A DNA stretch of 64,000 nucleotides from an uncultured Verrucomicrobiae bacterium (GTDB lineage Bacteria > Verrucomicrobiota > Verrucomicrobiia > Limisphaerales > Palsa-1400). Below are positions 34,397-45,457 of this stretch, piece after piece. The position numbers and the translations under genes were made by a program. Where the stretch lies: NCBI GenBank assembly GCA_963707025.1, contig CAVPOM010000004.1, positions 800,001 through 864,000 of the forward strand, read 5' to 3'. Below the pieces are notes generated by a model. That model ran no database searches and was not told the origin of the DNA. It saw nothing but the letters and a program-made list of their open reading frames with translations. Position 1 is the first letter of the stretch, and each line of letters opens with the position of its first letter.

Positions 34397-36914
34397 CTAT
34401 TCGGCTGGAGCGGGGGTCGCCGCCGCCGCCGCCGATGTCTTCTGCCGGAAGACGAGCTTGCCGTCTTGCACGGTGACGACAATCGGCTCGTTGGGGTGGA
34501 GGCTGCCTTTCAAGATTTCCTCGGCCAGCGGGTCCTCCAGGTTGCGTTCCACCGCCCGGCGCATGGGACGGGCGCCGTTGGTCGGATCATAACCCTTCTC
34601 CAGCAGAAAATCCCGGGCCGTGTCATCCAGGCTCAATTGCAGTTGCCGGCCCTTGAGACGCAGCATCACTTTGGAGATTTCCAGTTGGAGAATTTCCACC
34701 AGTTCCGGCCTGGTCAGCGAACGGAAAACGATGGCGTCGTCCAGGCGGTTGAGAAATTCGGGGCGGAAGATGCGCTTGGCTTCGTCCATGATTTTCTCCT
34801 TCATCTTGTCGTAGCTGTGTTCCTCCGAAGCGGGGGAAAAGCCCATGGTGGTCTGGCGCCGGATCAGGTCGGCACCGACGTTGGAGGTGAGGAGGATGAT
34901 GGTGTTGCGGAAGCTGACCACCCGGCCGATGTTGTCGGTCAGTTTGCCTTCCTCCAGAATCTGCAGGAGCATGTTCATCACATCCGGGTGGGCCTTTTCA
35001 ATTTCGTCAAACAGCACCACCGAGTAGGGACGGCGGCGGACCTGCTCGGTGAGCTGGCCGCCTTCCTCGAAGCCGACATAACCGGGGGGCGAACCGACCA
35101 TGCGGGAGGCATTGTGGCGTTCCATGTATTCGCTCATGTCCAGTTGAATGAGGGCCTTGGGGTCGCCAAACAAAACTTCGGCCAGGGTTTTGGCCAGGAG
35201 TGTCTTGCCCACGCCGGTGGGGCCGAGCAGGGCGAAGGTGCCGATGGGCCGGCGCGGGTCTTTCAGGTCGGCCCGCGAGCGGCGCAGCGCCTGGCACAAG
35301 GCGGTGACCGCCTCTTTCTGGCCGATGATGATGTGGGACATTTCCTGTTCCAGGGCGAGCAAGCGCTGCGCTTCTCCCTCCTCCATCCGCTTCAAGGGGA
35401 TGCCGGTCCACTTGGAAACCACTTGTAAAATATCCTCCTCGCCCACCACGACGCGTTTGTCTTCGCGGCTGGCGCGCCAGGCGGCCAGCACGGCGTCGAG
35501 TTTTTCCTTGGCGTGCTTCTCCTTGTCGCGCATGGCGGCCGCGCCTTCAAAATCCTGGTCCTTGATGGCCCGCTCCTTTTGCGTCTTGATGCTTTCAATC
35601 TCCGCCTCCAAATCCTTGACTTCGGGCGGCCGGGTCATGCTGCCGATGCGGGCGCGCGAACCGGCCTCGTCCATGACATCAATGGCCTTGTCGGGCAAAT
35701 AGCGGTCGGTGATATAGCGGTCGGCCATTTTGACGGCGGCTTCGATGGCCTGGTCGGTGATCTCGGCCTTGTGATGCTCTTCGTATTTGGGCCGGAGTCC
35801 CTTTAAAATGAGCAAGGCTTCCTCCACCGAAGGGGCTTCCACCTTGACCACCTGGAAACGGCGTTCCAAGGCGGCGTCCTTTTCGATGTATTTGCGGTAT
35901 TCGTTCAAGGTGGTGGCGCCGATGCACTGCATTTCACCGCGGCTGAGGGCCGGCTTGATGATGTTGGAGGCATCCATGGTGCCTTCGGCCGAGCCGGCGC
36001 CGACAATGGTGTGCAGCTCGTCAATGAAAAGAATAATGCTCTTGGCCCGGCGGATTTCATCCATCACCGCCTTGATCCGCTCCTCAAACTGGCCGCGGTA
36101 TTTGGTCCCGGCCACCATCAGGGCCAGGTCCAAAGTGATGACCCGTTTGTCGCGGAGGATTTCGGGAACGTTGCCGCGGGCGATTTCCTGGGCCAGGCCT
36201 TCCACGATGGCCGTCTTGCCCACGCCGGCCTCGCCCAGCAGCACCGGGTTGTTCTTGGTGCGACGGCAAAGGATCTGGATGACGCGCTCGATTTCATTCT
36301 GGCGTCCGATGACCGGGTCCATTTCGCCCTTGCGCGCGATCTCGGTCAGGTCGCGGCCAAAGGCCTTCAAGGCGGGCGTTTTGACCTCGCCTTTTTTTTC
36401 CGGGGCTTTCTCCGGCGGCGGCTCGGGGCTTCCCGCCGGCCTGGGGTTCCTCGCCCGAGGCAAAATTAGGGTCCAATTCCTTCAAAATCTCCTGGCGCGT
36501 CTGTTCGATGTCCACATCCAGGTCTTTGAGAACGCGCGCGGCCACCCCATCCCCTTCGCGCAACAAGCCCAAAAGAATATGTTCTGTGCCCACGTAAGTA
36601 TGATTGAGGTTTTTGGCCTCCTTGGCCGCCAGGGCCAGGACTTTCTTGACCCGCGGCGTGTAAGGGATGTTGCCGATCATTTTCTGGTCCGGCCCGGTGC
36701 CGACCGCCTTTTCCACCGCCATGCGGACGGTTTCCAAGTCCAGGCCGAGCTTTTGCAGCACATTGACGGCGACGCCCTGTCCCAATTTGATCAGGCCGAG
36801 CAAAAGATGTTCGGTGCCGACGAAGTTGTGGTTGAAGCGGTCGGCTTCTTTGCGCGCCAGGGCCAGCACTTGCTGCGCGCGCGGCGTAAAATTGTTGGTG
36901 GCCTCGTCACTCAT
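34397..36914 (-). CDS. clpC: ATP-dependent Clp protease ATPase ClpC, single frameshift near 36430
   Basis: Clp_N repeats (GTEHLLLGL) in one frame; two AAA modules ([16 protein letters not shown]) and a UVR domain in another. Confidence 0.93.
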
Positions 36915-36931
36915 ATTTCAGCTTAGCTCTG

Positions 36932-38041
36932 TTAATTTCGCTTGTCCAGCGGATGGGCGCCGGCGCCGGGGGTTTTCGGGCTGGGCCGTCCGACCTGGCG
37001 CAATCGTTCCCGCAACATATCCGCCCGCAGCACGTCCCGTTCCTCCGCCGCCAGTTTCTCGGTAAATTGTTTTTGCAAGTGGGCCGGCTGGGTCACCACG
37101 AACAGCTCGTCAATCAGCGCCCGCTCGGCCCCCGGAAACATTTCCAGGTCCACCCCCAGCCGCATCAGGGAAAGCAGGTTCATGGTCTCCTTGGAGGAGA
37201 TAATATGGGTGTTGGCCAAAATGCCGTAGGCGCGCCCGATATGATTGAACACCATTTTGGGCTTTTGCTCCAGCAACTTGGCCCGGGCGTTTTCTTCGTG
37301 CTCGATGATTTGCTGCAGGACCTTGTTCAGGCGGTCCACGATGTCCGTTTCCTGCTCGCCCAGGGTCATTTGGTTGGAAACCTGGAAGACATTCCCCAGC
37401 GCCTCGGTCCCTTCCCCGTAAAGCCCGCGCACGGCCAGGCCCAGTTTGTTGACCGAGGCAATGATCTGGTTGATCTGCTCGGCCAAAACCAGGCCGGGCA
37501 GATGGAGCATGGCGCTGACCCGGATGCCGGTGCCCAGGTTGGTGGGGCAGGCGGTCAAGTAGCCCAACTCCGGGCTGAAGGCGTAGTCCAGCTTGGTTTC
37601 CAGATCGGTATCCACCTGGTCAATGGCCAGCCAGGCCTGTTTGAGCTGCAAACCGGGGCGCAGGGCCTGCATGCGCAAATGATCTTCTTCATTGATCATC
37701 ACGCAGAGCGATTCTTCCTTGTTCAGAACCAGCCCGCTGCCCGCCCCCTTGGCCTGATGCTCCCGGCTGATGAGATGGCGCTCGACCAGGATCATTTTGT
37801 CCAGCGGCCCCAGATTGTCCATCGTTTCGGAAAAGGCGTTGGCCAATTGCGGCAGGCTTTCCACCGCCGGCCGGATCGCTTCCAAGGTCTTGATGCGCTC
37901 AGCTTTTTTCGCCCAGCCGGGAAAGGCCACCCCGCGCAAATTGCGCGCCAGCCGCACGCGGCTGGAAAGAACAATGCGGTCATGCGGCCCGGTGCGGCGG
38001 GCCGTTTCAACCGGCGAGGTCAGAAATTCTTGAAGGGTCAT
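36932..38041 (-). CDS. mcsB: Protein arginine kinase
   Basis: SSRVRLARN, NEEDHLR, GYLTACPTNLGTG. Confidence 0.95.
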   Translation of the reverse strand: MTLQEFLTSPVETARRTGPHDRIVLSSRVRLARNLRGVAFPGWAKKAERIKTLEAIRPAVESLPQLANAFSETMDNLGPLDKMILVERHLISREHQAKGAGSGLVLNKEESLCVMINEEDHLRMQALRPGLQLKQAWLAIDQVDTDLETKLDYAFSPELGYLTACPTNLGTGIRVSAMLHLPGLVLAEQINQIIASVNKLGLAVRGLYGEGTEALGNVFQVSNQMTLGEQETDIVDRLNKVLQQIIEHEENARAKLLEQKPKMVFNHIGRAYGILANTHIISSKETMNLLSLMRLGVDLEMFPGAERALIDELFVVTQPAHLQKQFTEKLAAEERDVLRADMLRERLRQVGRPSPKTPGAGAHPLDKRN

Positions 38042-38556
38042 GGCTTGACTCCTGGCGCCAGGTGCTCGATTTGGTCCCGCGTGCTGCGAATTTCATCGCG
38101 CAAACTGGCCGCCTGCTCGAAGTCCTCGTCCGTGACCGCGCGATCCAGTTTCTTTTGCAACTGTTTGAGGCGGTCGGCCAGATCGCGGCTTTGGCGCTGG
38201 GAATGGGGCGCCTTGCCCACATGCTTGGTGCCTTTGTGCATGGTTTTGAGCAGGTTGTCCAGGCTCTCCGCAAAGGTGACATAGCACTGCGAGCACCCCA
38301 GCCGCCCCGCCTTCTTGAAATCCGCCGCCGTAAAACCGCAACCGGCGCATTTGAGGTCCTCCCCGCCGCCGGCCTGGGCCATCTCCTGCGAGGCGCCCAA
38401 ACCCATCAACAAGTCGGCGATGGCAAAGCCGGCGGTGTCATTGATGCCCTTGTGCTTGGCACAATCCTCGCACAAGTCCACCTTCTTGATTTTGTCATCC
38501 ACAATCTGGGTCAGGTGGACCTGGGCGGCGTTCTGTTTGCAAATCATGCAGAGCAT
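38038..38556 (-). CDS. mcsA: McsA (CxxC motifs plus UVR domain)
   Basis: Four CxxC motifs, GRLGC, H.GK.P, EDFEQAASLRD. Confidence 0.93.
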   Translation of the reverse strand: MLCMICKQNAAQVHLTQIVDDKIKKVDLCEDCAKHKGINDTAGFAIADLLMGLGASQEMAQAGGGEDLKCAGCGFTAADFKKAGRLGCSQCYVTFAESLDNLLKTMHKGTKHVGKAPHSQRQSRDLADRLKQLQKKLDRAVTDEDFEQAASLRDEIRSTRDQIEHLAPGVKP

Positions 38557-38685
38557 ACAATCACCTTCGAAATTGGAACGATACACCGATCACTGTCTTT
38601 TACACCATAATTCAGCCCGGAACCAATATCAAATTTCCTCTCCGCCGGACGCCCGCCAGGACGGACCCCGCAGTGGGCCCCATTC

Positions 38686-39558
38686 CTACGGATATATCGG
38701 CTCCCCGGAACTTTTCGTTAAGGTCTGGTATTGTCCGATGAGCCGGCCCGTCACCGGGCCTGGCTTGCCGCGGCCGATCACCCGGCCATCTATCTTGACC
38801 ACCGCGATAATCTCCGCCCCGGTGCCGGTCAGAAAACATTCGTCGGCGTTGAACAAATCGTAGCGCGTCAAATTGGGCTCGCTCACCGCCATGCCGTTTT
38901 CACGCGCCAAGTCCATCACCACCCCGCGGGTGATGCCGTGCAAGGCCCCCGCCGAGAGCGGCGGCGTATAAAGATGGTCCCCTTTGACGATGAAGATATT
39001 GTCTCCGGTGCATTCGGCCACATACCCCGCGGCGTTGAGCAGGACGGCCTCCTCGCAGCCGCCGTTGAGGGCCTCGATCTTGGCCAGGATATTGTTGAGA
39101 TAATTGAGCGATTTGATCGCCGGATTGACCGCGCTGTGCAGATTGCGCACGGTCGGCACGGTGATGATCTCCAGCCCCCGCTGGTAGAGCTTGGCCGGAT
39201 AAAGCTGGATTTTGTCCGCGATGATGATGACCGACGGAGCTTTGCAGTGGTAGGGATTCAACCCCAGCGACCCGATGCCGCGCGTCACCACCAGCCGGAT
39301 GTAGCCGTCGCGCAGCCGGTTGCGGCGGCAGGCGGCCAGCACGGCCTGCTTCATGGCGCGGGGCGTCAGCGGCATGGGCAGCAGGATCGCCTTGGCGGAG
39401 TAATAGAGCCGGTCAATGTGTTCGGACAGTTTGAAGACGCTCCCGTTGTAGGCGCGAATGCCCTCGAAAACTCCGTCGCCGTAAAGCAATCCGTGATCCA
39501 GCACGGAGATGCGGGCGTTTTTCGGGTCGTAGTATTTTCCGTCAATGTATATTTTCAT
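38686..39558 (-). CDS. ilvE: Branched-chain amino acid aminotransferase
   Basis: YGDGVFEG, KSLNYLN, ECTGDN, GITR, TGT.AE. Confidence 0.93.
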   Translation of the reverse strand: MKIYIDGKYYDPKNARISVLDHGLLYGDGVFEGIRAYNGSVFKLSEHIDRLYYSAKAILLPMPLTPRAMKQAVLAACRRNRLRDGYIRLVVTRGIGSLGLNPYHCKAPSVIIIADKIQLYPAKLYQRGLEIITVPTVRNLHSAVNPAIKSLNYLNNILAKIEALNGGCEEAVLLNAAGYVAECTGDNIFIVKGDHLYTPPLSAGALHGITRGVVMDLARENGMAVSEPNLTRYDLFNADECFLTGTGAEIIAVVKIDGRVIGRGKPGPVTGRLIGQYQTLTKSSGEPIYP

Positions 39559-39610
39559 GCCATTGGCCAGTCAACTTAGGGCAATCCACCCGCATTTCAA
39601 GGCGCAAAGT

Positions 39611-40489
39611 TCAATCCTGGCGGCCCGGCGCGGGCGCGGCCAGTTTGGCCCGCGTTTCCTGGATGGACTTTTCGATGGCCTCCTTATTGGGGGAAAGGGC
39701 CTTCAGGGCCTCCAAATCAACCAGCAGTTGTTTGAGATCCTGCTGCTCCTCATCCGCGCGGACCATTCCATCCAGGATTTCCACGCGGGCCTTGGGCGGC
39801 GGGTTCAACTTTGCGGCATCTTGTTTTTCCCACTCTTGCAGAGCCAGATCAAACTCGTTGCGGGCGAAGTGGGGATTCTTCTTATTGAACAAATAGACAT
39901 AGCCCAGCTCAAGGTAGATCTCGTAACTGTTGGGGTTGGCGCGCAAGCCTTCCCGGAGAAACTTTTCCGCTTCGTCGGGTTGGCCCAAGGTGCCGCGCAA
40001 CCAATAAGACGCTGTCAAATAAGTTTGAATGCGATGCGGATCCATGTCGGCAGAAAGACGGAGCCAAGGAAGTATCTCGCGCACTTTGGCGCCGGCCAGA
40101 TGAGTGTGCTCCGTCGGGAAAAAATGCCGGCCAAAACGCTCGATCCAATCCCGCGGCGGTCCGAGAAAGCCCCCGTCTTCGTCGGCTTCATGCCGCCGCC
40201 CGCTCGCCGGGGCGGGGTGATGGGTCTCCGCCTCCTCCTTCGAATTCACGTCCAGGTTGGCCTCATCTTCCGGCTTGTCGAAGATGGTCGGGTAATAGCC
40301 GCTGTGAAAATACACATCCGCCTCGACAAAGAACTGATTGGCGAAAAGTCGCCGGCTCTCTCCCATCAGCGTCGCCATGAATCCGGTGTCCTCCTCCGTT
40401 TGAGGCCGCAGCTTGTCCATGCGGGGTTCCAGCACGGTGGCCAGGGTGAAACAACCGACGAAAAGGAGTGTCAGGACAAGCCGGATCAT
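39611..40489 (-). CDS. TPR-like membrane-anchored protein of an ABC locus
   Basis: ATGA overlap with the permease stop; EADVYFHSG, EAEKFLREGLRANP TPR-like helices. Confidence 0.75.
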   Translation of the reverse strand: MIRLVLTLLFVGCFTLATVLEPRMDKLRPQTEEDTGFMATLMGESRRLFANQFFVEADVYFHSGYYPTIFDKPEDEANLDVNSKEEAETHHPAPASGRRHEADEDGGFLGPPRDWIERFGRHFFPTEHTHLAGAKVREILPWLRLSADMDPHRIQTYLTASYWLRGTLGQPDEAEKFLREGLRANPNSYEIYLELGYVYLFNKKNPHFARNEFDLALQEWEKQDAAKLNPPPKARVEILDGMVRADEEQQDLKQLLVDLEALKALSPNKEAIEKSIQETRAKLAAPAPGRQD

Positions 40490-41268
40490 AAAGTGAGTGT
40501 CTTGCGCCGGAAGACCGTCCACGTCAGCCCCAGCAGCAATCCGGTGTAAAGCGCGCCGTAGAGCGTCGCCCCCGCCAGGTCCATCCAGCCAATCATCCCC
40601 CAATCCTGAACCACCAGATCGTGGACGTTGAAGTTCCATTCCAAGTGGGGCATGGCGTAATAAACGGCATAAACAATGTCGCCGCCGACTCCTCTCATGC
40701 CGCCGGCCACGCGATTGAGATGTCCGCCCACGAACAGTATGCCCACGACAGCAATGAAGCAGATCGTAATATTGGACGACTGGGCGGTAAACACCACCGA
40801 ACCCAACAGCACCAGCGCCACCACCATGGCCAGAAAAATAGCGTGAAGCCAGAAACCCTGAAAGAAGATCATGCCCGGCCAGGCGTGCTCGTGCGAACCG
40901 ATGATCAATCCGAAAAAAAAGTAAAACACCAACAGGGCAACGACACAGGCCAGCCAACACCCCGTAAATTTCCCCGCGATCAACTCCCAGCGGCTGACCG
41001 GTTTGGCCAGCAAGGGATAAATCGTGCGGCTCTCCCGTTCCGCCGGAATTTGCCGCGCCGCCGTGGTAATGGCGATGACCAGCGTGGAAATCCAGATGAG
41101 CAGCAGGCAGATTTCCTTGAGAAAGCGGACAATACCCGCATTGTCAAAAAAGCGCATCGAGCCCAGCACCAGCGTGATGAGCGCCGTCATGACAAACAGC
41201 ACGTAAAAATCCTTGCGCCGGTACAGCTCCTTGATCACCACCCCGGCCAGTGCCAACACGTTGTTCAT
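40486..41268 (-). CDS. ABC-2 transporter permease
   Basis: ERESRTIYPLLAKPVSR...GKF motif, about six TM segments. Confidence 0.9.
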   Translation of the reverse strand: MNNVLALAGVVIKELYRRKDFYVLFVMTALITLVLGSMRFFDNAGIVRFLKEICLLLIWISTLVIAITTAARQIPAERESRTIYPLLAKPVSRWELIAGKFTGCWLACVVALLVFYFFFGLIIGSHEHAWPGMIFFQGFWLHAIFLAMVVALVLLGSVVFTAQSSNITICFIAVVGILFVGGHLNRVAGGMRGVGGDIVYAVYYAMPHLEWNFNVHDLVVQDWGMIGWMDLAGATLYGALYTGLLLGLTWTVFRRKTLTL

Positions 41269-41269
41269 A

Positions 41270-42019
41270 TCACGCCTCCGCCTCGTAGCCGATGATTTTG
41301 AGAAAAATCTGTTCCAGATGACATTGGTATTGCCGCACCAGGTCGTCCACCTTCCCTTCCACCCGCAGGCGCCCTTCGTGCAAAATGGCCACCCGGTCGC
41401 AGATGGTTTCCACTTCCCCCAGCTCGTGCGACGAGAAAAAGACCGTTTTGCCCTGGTCCTTCAAGCGCTGGATGATCTGGCGGACCTTCATGCGCCCCAA
41501 CGGATCCAAGCCGCTGGTCGGCTCGTCCAATATCAGCAGATCCGGATCATTGATCAGCGCCTGGGCCAGTCCGACCCGCTGCTGCATCCCCTTGGAATGC
41601 GTTTTAATGAGCCGTTTGCGCGCTTCCTCCAAATCCACCAGTTTGAGCACCGCGTCAATCCGCTTTTCCCGCTCCGCCGGCGCGATGCGGAAAATGCGGG
41701 CATAAAACCGGAGCAGCTCCTCCGTGTTGAGAAACTTGTAATAATAAGTCAGTTCCGGCAGATACCCGATCCGCTGCCGGGCGATGGGCTGCCGCACATC
41801 CACGCCAAAAATCGCGGCCGACCCGCTGCTGGCATTGACGAAACCCAGCAGCACATTCATCGTCGTCGTCTTCCCCGCGCCGTTGGGTCCCAAAAATCCA
41901 AAAACCTCCCCAGACTGCACAGTCAGATTCAAGCCATCCACCGCCAGCTTGGTGCGCTGACCCAATTCCCGGCTGGGAAATTCCACCCGCAAATCTTTGA
42001 TTTCCAGGACCGTGTTCAC
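41270..42019 (-). CDS. ABC transporter ATP-binding protein
   Basis: GPNGAGKTT, SKGMQQR, LILDEP; GTG start at 42019. Confidence 0.93.
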   Translation of the reverse strand: MNTVLEIKDLRVEFPSRELGQRTKLAVDGLNLTVQSGEVFGFLGPNGAGKTTTMNVLLGFVNASSGSAAIFGVDVRQPIARQRIGYLPELTYYYKFLNTEELLRFYARIFRIAPAEREKRIDAVLKLVDLEEARKRLIKTHSKGMQQRVGLAQALINDPDLLILDEPTSGLDPLGRMKVRQIIQRLKDQGKTVFFSSHELGEVETICDRVAILHEGRLRVEGKVDDLVRQYQCHLEQIFLKIIGYEAEA

Positions 42020-42204
42020 CGCCCCACCATATAAACAGACCCCCGCCGTGACAAGCAATGAGTGAAGCGCGCGGGGTAATGCGCCAGTCATCGGTGGCAG
42101 GGCGGGCCCGAATTATCGGGACCCGCCGCCCAACGGTAGTGCGACGTTGATTCCTCCCAATGGCCGACGGCGGGTAGCAGAGTGCCCGCTACAGAGCTTC
42201 GACT

Positions 42205-45200
42205 TCATTGAACTTCGGAAAAGATTCCGATTTCGGCCAGGGCCGGGCAGACGGGGGAGTCGAGGATGCGCAGCCGGACCTTGTCGGTCGTGACCGGCTC
42301 GTGGCGCACCAGGCGGCAATGGCCGATGCTGGTGCCGGCCGCAAATTCAACCCAGGCCCCGCCCTGCCATTGGTCCAGCGCAAAGGCTTCCACGCGCTGG
42401 CCCAGCGGAATATATTCGCGCAACCGCACCACGCTGAAAGTGACGGGCTTGGGCCATTGCAGGACCAATTCCGCGTTGGTGACGCCGTCCTCGGCGGCCC
42501 AGAACCGCCCCGGCTGGCCGCCCAGCGCATTTTGGGCGGCGAAGCCGGCGTCGTTGCCGCGGGTGCTGGAGGCCGTGATCGTCGCGGCGCGGGCCAGGTT
42601 GGTCGAGAAGATGTTGTCAATTATACGATGAAACTCCTGGAGCGAACGCGCGTCCGCCTCGGGAATTTGCCCGCGCCGGTCCGGCGGCAGGTTCAGGAGC
42701 AGGGAGGCGCCGCGGCCGACCGAGGCGAAGTAGAGGTTGACCAGTTGCTGCGGCGTTTTCACGCTGCGGTCCTCGGAGGCATGATAAAACCAGCCCGGCC
42801 GGATGGAGACATCGCACTCGGCGGGGAGCCAGTCGGCGCCGGGACGGTCCCCGCGGTTCAAGCGGCGCGTGTCGGCCTGGCCGGGGGCGAAGTCGCGGCG
42901 GTTGAGCGTGGCCCAGCAGGTCGCGCCGGCCGTGCCATTCTCGTTGCCCACCCAGCGGATGTCCGGGCCGGCGTCGCTGAACATGCAGGCGTTGGGCTGG
43001 AGGGCGCGCACCATCTGCCAGGTGTTGGCCCAGTCGTAATAACGACTGGCATTGATGGTGCGCCTTTCGCGCGCCCCGCCGTAATAACCGTCGCCGCCAT
43101 TGGCGCCGTCAAACCAAATCTCCGCGATGGGGCCGTAGTTGCCCAGCAACTCGCGCAGTTGGTTGCGATAATAAACAATGTACGCGGGCTGCGCGTAATC
43201 CTTGTTGTTGCGGTCCCACGGCGAAAGATAGACGCCAAACTTCAGGCCGTATTGGCGGCAGGCCTCGGCCATGTCCTTGACCACGTCGCCGTGCCCGTTC
43301 TTCCACGGACTATTCTTGACGGAGTGTTCGGTGTATTGCGACGGCCACAGGCAGAAGCCGTCGTGATGTTTGCAGGTGAGAATCAGGCCCTTCAAGCCGC
43401 CCTCCACCGCCGTGCGCGCGATCTGGCCGGCGTCGAAATCGGTGGGGTTGAAGGTGGACTCCTTTTCATCGCCGTACCCCCATTCGTTGCCGGTAAAAGT
43501 GTTCATGTTGAAATGAAGGAACCCGCATACCTCGAAGTCTTCCCAGACCAATTGCCGCGCGCTGGGCAGCGGCCCGTAGGCCGCGGGCGAAGAGGCCGGC
43601 GGCGCGGGCGCTTCGTGGCGGGAAGTCACCTGGAGCAGGGCCAGGCGCTGCTCCTGGACCTGCAAACGGCGCGTGAAATCATCCCAATTGCGGGCCTCCT
43701 TCGGGGACCACCCCACTTCGGCAAGGGCGCACTCGCGCGGGAAAATCATGTACTGCATTTGCCGCGCCGTCGGAATGTATTCGGTCCACAGATTTCCCTG
43801 CAGGCCCAGAATGTGGCTCTGAAACGGCGCGGGCAATCTCGCCGGGACCGGCTCAAAGGAATAAACCTTGCGCAACGGCAGAAAGCCGCCGATGGCGGGC
43901 GGTTCGGCGGATGGGTTGGTGGATTGGCAATAATCAAAATAGCAGTAGCCGGTGGGCGACATCACCACGTCGTGGCCCTCGCGCGCCCCTTCCTCCGCCC
44001 CGCCGATCCAGTCCATCAACGCGGCATTTTTGGCCAGGCCGCCCTCGCGAATTTCGCTCCAGCCAATGAGCGTGCGTCCGTGGGCGCTGACGAATTGCTC
44101 GATGCGGCGGATAAAATAGCCTTGCAGCTCGTTCTCGTCCTTCAATCCCTCCGCCTTGATCCGCGCCTGGCACTTGGCGCATTTTTTCCAATCCTCCTTC
44201 GGCACTTCATCCCCGCCGATGTGAATATACTTGCCGGGGAACAAGGCGAAGATTTCCGTCAGCACGTCCTGGAGAAAGGCGAAGGTTTCGTCGTTGCCCG
44301 CGCAATAGACGCCATGAAACACGCCGCCTTGCAGTTCGATCTGCGCCGGCCCGCCGGTGCAACTGAACTGCGGATAGGCCGTCAGCGCGGCGGTGGCATG
44401 CCCCGGCATTTCAATTTCCGGCACGATGGTGATATGGCGCGCCTGCGCGTAAGCCACCACCTCGCGAATATCCTCCTGCGTGTAAAATCCGCCATAGCGC
44501 CCGTCCGGACCATAATTGGCCGTGACGGCGGCGTTCATCCCGAAGCCCACCCCGTCGCGCCAGGCGCCCGTCTGGGTGAGCCTGGGGTATTTTTTAATTT
44601 CAATCCGCCAGCCCTGATCGTCCGTCAAATGCCAGTGGAAAGTGTTGATCTTGTGCAGCGCCAGCAAGTCCAGCAGGCCCTCAACTTCGGTCTTGGTGAA
44701 AAAGTGCCGGCTGACATCCAGCATCAACCCGCGCCATGGGAAACGCGGCTGGTCCTGGATTTCGACGCAGGGCGCCTGCCAGGCCGTGTTCGTCACCGGC
44801 GCCGGCGCGAAAATTTCCGGCGGGAGCAGTTCCAGCCACGATTGCATGCCGTAGAAAACGCCGGCCGCTGCCGGCGCGCGGATCACCACCGAGCGGGGCG
44901 CGACCGTCAGGGCGTATCCCTCCGGCCCCAGGGCGGCGGCGGCGCCTTGCGTTGTCAATAGTATTTCACCATCGGCCGCCTTCCCCTTCCTGCTGGCGGC
45001 GACCGGGACCGGATAACCCGTCGCCCTGCGCAACCGCTCCGCCAGCCACTGCGCGGTTGGGAGGGAGGCCGGATCGGCCGCGATTCTTGTGGCCGGGAGC
45101 AGATGGAACACCCCGGCGCGGCGCTCCAACTTCTGCGGCGCTGGAATAATGGCGATGCCCGCGTCCGTCCCCGCGCCGGCAGGCGCCGCGGGGGAGGTGG

Positions 45201-45297
45201 CGGGGGCGGGAACAGGGCGGGCCGGGTTGCTGCGGCAGGAAACCGCCAGCCCAAGGGCCAGGGAACAAAGAAGGAGGGTCGGAATAACGTATTTCAT
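42205..45297 (-). CDS. Lipoprotein: GH20 beta-hexosaminidase + GH29 alpha-L-fucosidase + C-terminal F5/8(CBM32)-like domain
   Basis: Lipobox LAVSC; RGLMLDVSRHF and HIGGDE (GH20); KHHDGFCLW, YLSPWD, WFDGA (GH29). Confidence 0.9.
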   Translation of the reverse strand: MKYVIPTLLLCSLALGLAVSCRSNPARPVPAPATSPAAPAGAGTDAGIAIIPAPQKLERRAGVFHLLPATRIAADPASLPTAQWLAERLRRATGYPVPVAASRKGKAADGEILLTTQGAAAALGPEGYALTVAPRSVVIRAPAAAGVFYGMQSWLELLPPEIFAPAPVTNTAWQAPCVEIQDQPRFPWRGLMLDVSRHFFTKTEVEGLLDLLALHKINTFHWHLTDDQGWRIEIKKYPRLTQTGAWRDGVGFGMNAAVTANYGPDGRYGGFYTQEDIREVVAYAQARHITIVPEIEMPGHATAALTAYPQFSCTGGPAQIELQGGVFHGVYCAGNDETFAFLQDVLTEIFALFPGKYIHIGGDEVPKEDWKKCAKCQARIKAEGLKDENELQGYFIRRIEQFVSAHGRTLIGWSEIREGGLAKNAALMDWIGGAEEGAREGHDVVMSPTGYCYFDYCQSTNPSAEPPAIGGFLPLRKVYSFEPVPARLPAPFQSHILGLQGNLWTEYIPTARQMQYMIFPRECALAEVGWSPKEARNWDDFTRRLQVQEQRLALLQVTSRHEAPAPPASSPAAYGPLPSARQLVWEDFEVCGFLHFNMNTFTGNEWGYGDEKESTFNPTDFDAGQIARTAVEGGLKGLILTCKHHDGFCLWPSQYTEHSVKNSPWKNGHGDVVKDMAEACRQYGLKFGVYLSPWDRNNKDYAQPAYIVYYRNQLRELLGNYGPIAEIWFDGANGGDGYYGGARERRTINASRYYDWANTWQMVRALQPNACMFSDAGPDIRWVGNENGTAGATCWATLNRRDFAPGQADTRRLNRGDRPGADWLPAECDVSIRPGWFYHASEDRSVKTPQQLVNLYFASVGRGASLLLNLPPDRRGQIPEADARSLQEFHRIIDNIFSTNLARAATITASSTRGNDAGFAAQNALGGQPGRFWAAEDGVTNAELVLQWPKPVTFSVVRLREYIPLGQRVEAFALDQWQGGAWVEFAAGTSIGHCRLVRHEPVTTDKVRLRILDSPVCPALAEIGIFSEVQ

Positions 45298-45329
45298 GCG
45301 GGGTTGCGTAGCTTGGTTCCAGCGGTGGC

Positions 45330-45457
45330 TAGAGCGGATTAAAAAATGATGCAGCCAAAACGAAGCTCCTCCCCCTCCTCCTCAGGAGGAGAGGGCAGGG
45401 GAGAGGAGGCCGTGCGGTCGGCTTCCGTGCGGCTGCAGTTTTCATGAAATTGCTCTA
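45330..45457. mobile_element. 128-bp MITE-like element (family B), copy 2; supplies the dprA stop codon
   Basis: Near-identical to 9661-9788; its terminal CTA (45455-45457) is the dprA TAG. Confidence 0.85.

Noticed and set aside
36294..36463. Split clpC (separate N-domain gene)
   Set aside because: A single indel in a G/C-rich linker restores a normal ClpC; probable sequencing error.
34397..39558. mcsA-mcsB-clpC without ctsR as a novelty
   Set aside because: This arrangement is already known outside Firmicutes, including PVC-group bacteria.
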